NCBI GenBank assembly: GCA_035084275.1
Contig: CM068756.1
Span: 9,424,001-9,488,000 of the forward strand
Direction of reading: 5' to 3'
Source: Hydrolagus colliei
Lineage: Eukaryota
DNA length: 64,000 nucleotides
Under the pieces are notes generated by a model. That model ran no database searches. It saw nothing but the letters and a program-made list of their open reading frames with translations, and was not told the DNA's origin. Each line of letters starts with the position of its first letter. Positions within the stretch are counted from its first letter, which is position 1. Positions 52,936 through 64,000 of the stretch are shown here, one piece after another. The position numbers and the translations under genes were made by a program.

Positions 52936-53354
52936 TGTTTGTTTATCATTACACAGGATGTTCAAGGCAACCTGTTCAAATTCAGGTAAGCCTCAAAGGA
53001 AAATCCAGGCCTGCACAGAAGTGCTTAAAAGTACAGTGTAACTTCATTACAACAACAACAACTTACCCACCTTAGGTTGAGGAGACTAGATTTCTCATGT
53101 AGACCTGAGGCATGCACTTTCTCGTAGTTTGCACATGTACAAACACGAGTATCAAACAATCACATTCTTCAATCTCCAAAAGCTGTTTTCTTTAGAGTCA
53201 GCCAATGGCCTGGACTAAAGATTGATCTGATCGGGTCAATCTTTGTAAAAACATGTCAAGAACTGGATGACCAAACTCGGAGTTAGCCCCTGGTGGCCAA
53301 CTGCTACCAGACAGGGGTCACTTGTTTACCTCAAGTATCAAAACACACAGCTAC

Positions 53355-53720
53355 AATTAGAATGAACACTAACTTTTCTGTCCAGAGTTGAGAAAATTGA
53401 AAGGGGATCTGATAGACTGGATGTCGGGAGGCTGAAGTCCAAAACTAGAGGATATAAATATAAGACAGCCAGTAGTAGATCTAATAAGAAGTTCTTCACA
53501 CAGAGAGTGGTGAGAATATGGAATTCACTGTGCCTCAAACTGTGGATGAAGCTAATTGCATAAGGGAGAAGGAAGTGGTGGTTGAGGGGGAATAGGAGGA
53601 GTGGGGGCATATACATTATATATACATATACATTTAGTGACATATACATTCACAGTGTCACAGACCAGTTGAGCTAAATGGCCTGTTTTCGTGCTGGATC
53701 ACTCTATGTAACTATATAAC
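53355..53720 (+). mobile_element. Degenerate CR1 3' fragment
   Basis: ttcttcacacagagagtggtgagaatatggaattcactg encodes FFTQRVVRIWNSL; aatggcctg..ctatgtaactat tail. Confidence 0.8.
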
Positions 53721-56700
53721 TAATTAAAGGAAACAATTAACCTGTTTTTTTAACAACAGTTAGAAATATTTACAACAACCGCAATAAACACAAATCCAAA
53801 GCCCCGAATTCACTAGAATATCCTTATTTACAGCTTGAATACTACAAACCTGCGCTAAACCATGCTTATTGTAGCAAAAATCAAAGAATTGGATGGTATC
53901 AAAATTGTGTTGTGTGCATGTGTGTGCAGGTCATGTGTGTTCAGTATGGAGGCACCTTCTCTTAACACTCTGTTGAGAAATCTTCCTTACATCACTTTTT
54001 GCAGTGAACACAAAGTTCCTGCTGGGCCATTTAAAACAATTCTGTTCCTTACCAATACACTTTATTTATTTCATAAGACACAAAGAAATCCAAAGGGAGG
54101 ATTAGATTGCTCTTGCCAGTAGCACAAAGTATCCTCAATATAAAAGGAAAAGAGCAGTTATAAAAATGACGCGGAAAATGGAAATAAGCTGCAGGCTGCA
54201 GTTATTATGGTAGCAAAGTAGTGACTCTGAGAATTTAATGGTTCTGCTAATTACAATATGCGGTGATGAATCAGCGGAATATATAGCAATTCAATACCAC
54301 TAATTACAGTTTGCAAGTATAAAGTATAGTGGTGCAAAGAGGGCAGTTAAGCCGTTCTTTCACAAAGATAAACTCAGGAATAAGAGTGTATCTTTAAAAC
54401 TCAATTTTTTTTAAAGCAAGAATATAAACTGCAGTTTTCAAAAAACATGCAATATCTGTCGGATCATTTGAACAATTTAAGAAGACTATGTTGCTTTGCA
54501 TGTTCTAAAGGTTTAATGGACATAACCATAATATTATTTCTTTTCAATTTTCGGTTTTCCTTGGTTAGAAGAGAAAGGAAACTAGATTTAATTCAATGTA
54601 GATTTGGAATGTATTAAACAGAGTAAATAACGCTTCAGAGGATCAAATGCAAAATTACCTAAAAAGACCAGTGGGTAAAACTCCACCTGGGGTTACATTT
54701 ACTCTATTAATGTTACATTTCAGCATCCAGCATTTGTCAAATTGCATTCAGTGTTAACTTTGAAGCCAATTTTCTGCGTTTCTTAAAAGAATTTACAGAA
54801 AACCGATTTCAAAATTAAAACCTGTAGTTAAGAATTTGCCAAATATTGGATGCTCTGAAAAGCTATGTTAAAAGAGGAAATCCAGACCCAGGTGAAATTT
54901 CTACCCTTTGTTTGGACAATTATAAATAAATAATATATATATAATTTTAGGAGAAAAGATACAGTGCTGGTCTATTTACTAGAAATGGAGGGCTCATCAC
55001 TTGATGTGCTTTGATTGATTAAAAATAAATTGATTGTGATTTAACCTTTTTAATACAAAATTTCTGTTGAAGGGACAGGACATCACCATATTGGAAGACA
55101 CTGCAGATTTCAAGCTTGAATGTCCCCTTAATAATATATTTTTCATGCAAAGGAGCTGTTGATTTCAAACATTGCAAATTGATCTTGAAAGGGAGAATGC
55201 TATCACTACAATAATAAAAGGTGGGAAATATTTTAATTTGTTTATTTCGGATACAACAGGATTTAATAAGTGTCTGTTATAACATGGGCACAAGTTTGGA
55301 ATATGCTGTAGCATTAATCTATATAATGTGTGATCTTTTGAATACAGTCAAGCTCTTCAATAGATCCAAATCTATTTTAGTAACTGAGGAATGAAGGTCA
55401 CGATGATAACAATATAGTGTCTGTGTATAAAGCCTCCTTCCTTCTGATTAACAATTTAATTATTTAAATGAGAATGATGTAATGGAGGTTGACTTGAACA
55501 TAGTGACTTTGTGTCCATGGTGACATTGTTCATGGTATTTGTAAGCAGAGAGATAAAAGATGTCATGGCAACCCGTATGTTCTAAATAAAATAGCACATG
55601 GTCTTCTGGATAGAAAAATAAGGGACAGTTGAAATGAAAGGAGTTTTTTTTTAAAAAGTGACTAATGCATTTAACTGGAATGACTCAACAGAGAAGCTCA
55701 GAGATGTAGGGATGAAGGGTCTTTGGGCTAATTTTATCTTATCCAAGACTGTCTTCCCATTACAGCATTGAGCTGTTCCTTCAACATTCTGTCCCATTTT
55801 AAGACAAGAACAGCATGAGAAAAATCAGATATGGAGCGTCTTATTTCCTAAACTAATTTAGATACCTGGCTTAAATAAGAAAATAATTGGGTTTTGTTCA
55901 CATAGCGAGAAAATGATCTCAAAGAATTTCCAGAATAATAACAAGATGCATTTTATTCATCTGCTGTGTAATTATGATGGCATTAAAAAGTCACCACAGC
56001 ACAAATATTAATACTAAAATTAAACTGAAAGCATTGGAAATAAGCAGAAGTGCTATTGTGCTGCAATATATTTTTCCAGCAGTGATTGATGCAGTAGCAA
56101 TGCACTGCCACTAGATGCCTTTAGGGTAAACTATTGACAAGGTGGATTAGTGACATCAAGTGGGAAAGTACTTCACATTTTTCTGTCCTTTAATTACAAC
56201 AACTAGATACTCGTAAAATAATATTTCACTGCAAATTGAGTTGTTTTGGCACATAAAGGCTGACCTCAAGATAACTCAACTGCAGGTTTACCTCCGATAT
56301 TAGAATTTTATAAAGTGTAATCCTGTTACATACATTGTTATTGCAGTAGATGGACAAGGGTTTTATAATTAAACATTGTGATAATGACATGGTCTGTTTA
56401 ATTATTGGTTCTTATTGGAAAATAAAGGTCTCGGCAATGCTTTGTGTATATTAGGGACAATACCTGAAATGGAATTTTAGTAGGACAGTAAATACACGGC
56501 TTCAGCTAGAAATGGTTCTTTGAATGACCTTCTTAGCACTTCCTTCTTCTCTATATTTAAAATTTATATCGCAGATAAAGTGACAAATCCTGTATATTTC
56601 TTACAAGTTTGGAGAAAATTAGGTTCATGGGCAGGAAGGTGGCATAAATCCTTGCAGATGGTACGTTAAAGTAATTTAATGCAGTACAATAGAAGATTAA

Positions 56701-59700
56701 AAACCACTTGGCTGCATATCCCTTACCAACAGACCATTCTTTAATTACCCGATTCCACAGGCAGTGATGGCATTTCAGAAGTTAGCTTTAAGAGCAAATC
56801 TGAAAGATACAAGGTTTATGCACTGCACTGGTGTATGATTAGTTACCACTTTTACAGCATTTGACTTTTATCAGCACTAGCATACTATAAAAATGAATAG
56901 GCTTCATACATCTAGACAATTGCATTTTTAATGGAACAGACATTAAGCAGATACATAATATTTTGTGTAATGTTGACTTATCTTCTGCTTGCTGACCAGC
57001 CATCCACCTCTACTGTCAGGTCTCTTTGAAAGTCTTTTTCAGACCAAATGCAATTTCGTAATCTTAATACTGGATTTTATAGGAAGAGATTATCCCTCAT
57101 TCTATATCAATATATTCTATACCCCTCCTGAATGTTAGTTACCAAGTTATGCCATATGCATGATAGATTAATGTATAGAAGTTGCAGGTAAACAACGCTG
57201 AAGGTTGATAGCAGCAAAACAAAACTGGTCTTTGGGAAAAATAACATGTACGATTGAGAAATTGTTCTTCTGACTGGAAAAACATTATGTAAATGTAGAT
57301 TTGTAAGGATTAAAGGTAAAGATTATATATTTTAACCTATATGTAGAATTCTGTCCAGATAGGAATTGTGCCTATGTAACATGTAGCAATGTCTAGACTG
57401 GTTGGGGTACACCCACACCTTGCCTTTAAACAGCGCCGTTCACATTGGATAACAGTACCAGTGGTTTGAGGAACTGTAGATCTTAACCCAGCTTGAGTTT
57501 GTAAAACCGAACATTAATATGACAAGGCAGCTTCAAGTATAACGTACCTCAGCATTGTTCTGACTTGATTCAAATCCACGTCCATAGAAACTGCCAGTTC
57601 TGATGATTCCTCAGGACCATCACTAGGGAGGTCTTCTGCTCAATGGGAATGTGCCGGTGACAGAGGATATTCGCAGGAGAAAACATAATGTCCTCTTTGG
57701 GTCGCTGTTGTAGTACTGTTGTTTCAGCATTTCGTACTACTTTTGAGGCAAAAAAAGCTGGAGAAAAAAGCTGAATGAATAATTTCATTTGCGGTCAATA
57801 TTGTTTTTTTGCATTTCACAACAGTTCACCAAGTGTCCTTCAGGAGATGGGAAGCTGTCCCGACAAAGATATTCGGATCAATCTCATTGCTCTGGCCTTT
57901 CCTCAACAGCCTATGCAGCTATAGAAGCCAATCTCAATTCAGCTGCTTGGTTTAAGCGGTTGAATATTTCTCTCAATGGAGGCTATTCAGTTGCGTCAAT
58001 GTCTTCTCGCACCAATTTTCTCATCTCCCCTGTGCAATTAGCTTGAATTCTAGGGCTAAGATCAGGAAATCAATGATTGGGAAATCATGAGAACAAACCC
58101 ATCTCCTACTGGGATGGTTCATCACTGCATGTTTCTGCAGCAACAAATGTTTCTGATTTGTTTCGAACATTCGTTGAAATAAATCACTGATATACAGTAC
58201 TGTATATCGAGAGGAGAAATCAAACAAGTAATAGGGCAATTATTTTCTCTTCCTGTCATGCCTTTTCTTCTCTTCTCTCCTCAGCTCTTTTAAGCCTCAC
58301 TCGGCTGTGGTTCTGAATGTCCCCACCTACTCTTCTCCAGCTCAGCCACGATCGATCTCCATGAATATTCCCAGAACAATAGCTGCAAGCAGACTGTTCT
58401 CCTGTAATCTTGTTCTCACTCACGCAAATGCGCTGGTCAGTAATGAGGAGCAGGAATGCTGGCTAAGGGTTTGCCCTGGAAAGCCTGTGCTGCCCAGGCT
58501 AATTGTTGTGTCCGAAAGGATATCCCTGCTGAGATCAGCTAAATAGGGCATTGAGCGTATGACCTGTTCAGTGTTACATCCAGTGAATATCTTTACTCAT
58601 GAGGACATCAGGGAGAGTGGCAACTTTTTTTTAATAAGAGATAATTATGGAGACATCATAATAATGCTTGGACATAATATTGCTTCCCAGCTTATGATAT
58701 GAGCAGCAGTTGCTCTTAAACAGCATCCTTTCCAGGTACACTCTGTGAGTTAACTAGTTCGGTTATTATAATAATAATAATTGTTGGATTCAATACAGTG
58801 CCTTTCACACTGGAAGGGTGTCTTAAAGTATCTCACAAAATTTACTGTAAAGTCTAGTGACTGACTGTGTCCTTGAAGATTGTACTAATCCTTCAAAACT
58901 GTGTTCAAAACTTCGTTGATGTAATTTTGCCTCAATTTCTCAACACGCCCTCTCCTGCTAAAAAAAAATACCAATTGAGAAAAATGTGGCTTTTATAATG
59001 CATCAGTTTCACTACATACACCTGGAATGTAGGCTGAACCAAAAATGGGAGTCAACATGTTTCTTGTAACTATCAAAAGAAAACCTGACACCTTAAGTAT
59101 AGGAGGATTAACAGTTACAGTGATCAGTAGCAAATACCAAGAAGCTTAATATATACAGCCAGAGGGATAATTATCTGTAAATTGCCACTAGTGTTCTTCG
59201 ATTTAATTTATAAAATCTGGCACTTCAAATAAAACTAATCTCACTTAGCATTTTCATACAGCGTCTTTTTGAGAGAAAAAAACATATTGCAAATGTAAAC
59301 TGTAAAGTTATAAATGAGCAGTAGATATAGGGAGGCTGTTAGAACATGTACATGAAATAAATGGCAGGGGCCCACCCATTGGAACTCAGCATACAATGTA
59401 AATCATTCAACTTGTTCAATGCTACTAACATTACGATCCTTTTACTATTGCTTGTAGGCACTATTGTTTAATTGATGTAAGATTTATTGACCGTCTGGTA
59501 TTTCATGACATACAATATTTCTTGCAATTATTTGTATAACAGTTTCTTAAAACTCGCTACCTTTTGAGTTTAATTAGAAAGTAAATAAGCAGGATAGCCT
59601 TAGTCAAGAATGTCTGAAACTTACATTGTCTAATTTTCTTTCAAATATACAACTATAATTTCATAGAATCAGATACAACGTGTAATTGGTCTAAATTTGG

Positions 59701-61709
59701 CAATGGCACCACTTGCACAGATAAAATGTTAAAATGTGGTGTAATATTTCTGAAAGAGGATAAAAGCTAATTTTTTTGGTTCCCTTAGCTGTACTTAAAA
59801 ACCATTAAAACAAATCTTTTTAACACAATCTCTCAAATTCAGCAACATTTTCATGAAAGGATGTATAGTATTAAAAAATAACGGTACCTCGTTTTTATTA
59901 TTCCAGAAATTAATTCCTAAAAAGTTATGGTGAGGCCACCTTGAGAGTTCACCAGTCAGATTGTGATTCACTTCTTTCCAGACCTTTTAATAGTTATATC
60001 TTTCACCAAGGCGGCTTGCTGGCCCTTTGCTTTGCTTTGCTTTGATCAGTGCCCCATTCAGTCTCCATCCACCACTAACCTCTCTGCTTCGTTGGATTCT
60101 CTTTCCATGCGATAACCTTCAACTCCAAACACGTCAGCAAAATTTTAAAAAAATGTTAGACCTACAGTCATGTAAGATGTGTAGAGTATTCCTCGCCCCA
60201 GTGTTATTCAGGCAGACCCTTGATAGATTTCTTTGCCCCATTGTTGAACATGTAGCGCTACTTCCTGCTCTAACTCTGATCAGAATTAGAGTTTCTGAAA
60301 TAAACTTAAATTCTCCTCCTCCCCAAGTCTATTCCTCATTTGTGACCAAGGAGGTCTTTGATGAATGCTCCATTTCTAGTGCTACTCTCATTCTCACAAC
60401 ATCAACAATTTCCCTCCCGTCCTTACTTCCTTTGCCAACCTATGCATTTGCCAAATTACCCTCCACCATTTCGGCCACCTACAAGAGCCAAGAACACTAT
60501 ACTCATCTTGCCGTCTCCTCCCTTTCCCTCATCAGAGTCAGTAGAGAACAAGGCCTCAGTTCACTCCTTCAACACCCCCAACTCTGGCTGCTCAACAATG
60601 GGTACTTTCTCCTGCAATAATAGCAGATGCTGCTCTATTCCATCCAATAAAGCGATCCCCAGATCATCATTTCAATTGAAAGGCAGCATCTTCAAACTAC
60701 TTTGATACTTTAATTAAGATAATGGGATTGAAATGTAAAAGTTTTGTCTGCTCCACATCGACTCTACAATGTCATTTTTAATGCTTTAAGTTTACTGTGA
60801 TTTGTCAGACGGAGGATGTTGAATTAAAGTGACGTTTCATTCCTTTTACTGCAGATCACCAAAGTAAGAACATTATATATCTGATGGTGTCCATTTCAAT
60901 ATAACATCCTAGGAACGCCTGTGGTCCATCTTGTAAATCAATGCTTTGAAAGTGAAACTCTTCAACAAAAGCTTTGTGTCCTGTTATTATGTGTCTAAAG
61001 TTGTTTCCTTTCATTTCTAAATATATTAGAAGATGACAGGACACTACAGTAAGCGGAGTGAAGAGCCTTGTACAAAATCTAAGCATTTCATTTGCAACAT
61101 TTTCTTTAGAAAATTGAAAAATGCAACCTGTAATTGCATTAAGTGATTGCCTATTTCTACTCAAAGGTTGAATATTATGGAAAGAATAGAATTTGCTGCA
61201 TTTAAGATAAACTACACACGAACTCTAGTGACTAATGACTCAAACTTATCCAAAGTAGAGAGAAGTTCAGTCTCACACGGAAATCCCATCCTTTGTCACC
61301 TTGCCTCTACATTGTCTGATTCTCTGATGTCCCTGATAATGAAGCATTATTACAAGGTCAACTGAACATATTACTGAATTAGTGAAAGCTAGGGTTAAGA
61401 TTAGCAGTAACTCTAGTAGTTCATCTTGGTCACAGATTCAGTTACAGCATTCTTGTGTTGATCGTGTATGAAAAGTTAAATAAGACTTCATTCTCTGCAA
61501 CACTAGTATTTAGTTCACTAAGAAATAACCTATAATCGGCTCTTAAAAAGCAGCATTAATAATACATGGTAAACTATCTTGTTAAAAGGGATTGCTGAGA
61601 ATATTGCAAACAGATTAATACCAATTTGTGCTATATCAATTCATAATGTAGTTAAACTGATAGTGCAAAAAAAGAGGAAGATCGGTCTGAAAGGGATATT
61701 ACGAATGGA

Positions 61710-61772
61710 TGTGCTCTGAGACGCCATCCGGCGTGGAGGGCGCTATATAAATCAAAGTTGTTGTTATTGTTG
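61710..61772 (+). mobile_element. L2 3' terminus
   Basis: Reverse-complement match to 44683-44745. Confidence 0.75.
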
Positions 61773-62984
61773 GATGAATCCAAACAAGTGGTGCACTACA
61801 CTTATTTTTTCTACGATAGTCTATTTCTCTTGTTCCAGCCAGTCATATTTGCAACTGCAACTAAAATATCATATCATCACACATTCCCACCTCAGTGAGC
61901 AGATACATGGATACAGTAGGTATGGTTGATATCAGTAGGTATCAGAATGAATCAATATTTTGGAGTCAATGATAAAAATCATCCTCATATTTGATACAGT
62001 GCCTTTCATGTCAGGACAACACATCAAAGTGCTTCACAGGATATCCTGGAAAGTGCAGTGATTGTGTCCTGCTTGACTGCCATCCATAATTAGAAAGCAT
62101 TTGTACCCATGCGGGAAAATACAGTGTTTGAAGGAAGCTGTTAAATGACTATATAAACTCACTGGTCCACTGCATTGAAGACGACACCAAGAGCAACGCC
62201 AGGGAACAGCTGCTCATGGCTGTTAAAATGCATGCAGTGGATCCAAGAAACACAATTCTTCAATCACCTCTTTACTGCAGAAAACTGATTGTCTCCTACA
62301 ACGTCTTGCGACTTACTGGAAATTCCCTGCAGCATAATAGTTGTGGGCAGACGTGATCTTTATTGTTACTGATGGTTTGAAAAGTTCTCTCTCAGCCTCC
62401 CATTATAAGCTAAATTGACCTTTCCCCCTTTCTATCATCACAGATTTTCACAGTGGTTTCCAAAGGGTGGAGAGCACCGCTACTGTATAAACGGCTAATT
62501 CTTCCATTGGTAACATTTCTCTACATTCCACACAGTTTATGCACACCGTTGCTAATTGTGATGAACACAAGAATGTAATGCCCAAGGATATAATCTTTTC
62601 AGCGCCACAGACGTTGAATTACAACAGTAAAACATCCCTTTCTGTTGTAGGTCAGCATCTACTGTAAACCTTAACTGCAAGGATTGATGAAGCATTGAAT
62701 ATAAGTAAAAGCATGTAATACCCCACACCCCCCCAACCCAGTTAAATTGCTCCGAAACACATAAAGTTGAAGGCAGAACAGAGTCTCTAGCCTTGCCGAG
62801 GTATTGTAACAAAGCTGTCAAAATGACATGCAATTTCATATGTTGGGATTATTGACTTTTTAAAAGATTGTTGTAAAATGAATAATCAATAATTATTTCA
62901 CACAAAAATAACTGAATCAACTCTCTCACTGGTCTAATTGACACTAACACTGATTTGGTGGGATTTTTGATGTCTTCCTTTGAC

Positions 62985-63563
62985 AGGTCAGTCAGACTAT
63001 ATCTGAAGAACTGCGTTCAGTTTTGGGCACCAAACCTCAGGAAAGATGTATTGCCCCTGGAGGGGTGCAGCGCAGATTCACCAGAATGTTACCAGACCTA
63101 AATGGGTTAAGTTAAGAGGAAAGGCTGCGTAAGTTTAGATTGTATTCCCTTGAGCTTAGGAGTTGAGGGGTAATTTGATTGATGTATTTAAGATGATAAA
63201 GGAATTCGCTAGGAAAGATGCAGAGAACTATTTTCTCTGGTGGGGGAATGCAAAACAATGGGACATAGTCTTAAAATTAGAACCAGACAATTTAAGATTG
63301 AAATCAGGAAGCATTTTTTCACTCAAGGCGTGATAGAAATCTGGAATTCTCTCCCCCAAAAGGTCGTAGATGCTGGATCCATCTACACCTTCAAAAGTGA
63401 GGTTGATAGATTTTTGGTAGGTCAGGGTATTAAAGGATATGGGGAGAAAGCGGGAAATTGGAATTGAAAGGATTAGTTGAGGTACAGATCAGTCATGATC
63501 TAATTAAATGGCGGAACAGGCTTTCAAGGACTGAATTACCGACTCCTGTTCTTATGTTCCTAG
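62985..63563 (+). mobile_element. Frameshifted CR1 3' fragment
   Basis: CVQFWAP-like start, GHSLKI..KHFFTQGVIEIWNSLP, CR1 3' UTR and ttcttatgttcct tail. Confidence 0.92.
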
Positions 63564-63754
63564 GTATAAAGTTGTAGAGCAGAACTGAACATGCAAACTG
63601 TCTTTCTGGAAAGTTGCCACACAGTGATCTCGATGAGCAAGTGAGAGAGGACTAATCAGAAGTTTATTTTCTCTTTGCAACGGACCATGATTATCTGCCA
63701 TAATTGGAAAGACTTGAAATTCTTCTCACCTTGCTGACATCGATTGTTTTGCCC

Positions 63755-63853
63755 AAAAATAAAAAATTCACTTTACAGTATATTCTGTGAAGCTTTGAAA
63801 CATCTGGAAGACTTGGGAAGCGCTATATAAAATACATGGGTTATTATTATTAT
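63755..63853 (+). mobile_element. SINE 3' tail; similar stubs at ~10120, ~51300, ~58765 and ~61975
   Basis: ttcactttacagtatattctgtgaagc..gcgctatataaa..(TTA)n. Confidence 0.75.
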
Positions 63854-64000
63854 CAGCTCTTCCTCCTCAAAGTACTGGCCATTGAGACTCACAAGTGAGC
63901 TGGTAGGCATGAGTTCTACATGGTCTCATTCACTGATAGCGGTGGGGGTCCTGCACATTTCTTAAATTGCTGCATTGCTAGTTTAAAGGCAATCCTCAAA

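Noticed and set aside
60027-60705. 197-aa and 115-aa ORFs
   Set aside because: Pyrimidine-rich degenerate sequence with no domain; the 197-aa ORF starts at TTG
1-64000. Irx3, Irx6, Sowah ankyrin exons, CRISPR arrays or prokaryotic systems
   Set aside because: No second homeodomain, ankyrin motif, spacer array or operon-like density seen; the remaining short ORFs look like noise

Overview
Vertebrate genomic DNA, probably cartilaginous fish and possibly a chimaera (inferred from the SINE/LINE repertoire), covering part of an Iroquois B cluster. It holds a complete three-exon Irx5 gene on + (24286-26548, 460 aa by hand splicing). About 5.8 kb upstream and head-to-head on the - strand are the first exons of an intron-containing Sowah-family gene, which the ORF track shows only as an anonymous 67-aa ORF. 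That gene occupies the position of the lncRNA CRNDE in mammals, and its ankyrin exons are not in this window. Its CpG-rich promoter carries an RFX X-box, ETS, octamer, CCAAT and two opposed ZNF143/Staf motifs. The rest is non-coding: candidate enhancers with Pbx-Hox/Meis motifs, CR1 and L2 LINE 3' fragments, two age classes of Deu-type tRNA-SINEs, a hAT MITE, microsatellites and a 128-N gap. All calls were made by eye without database searches, and repeat boundaries are approximate.
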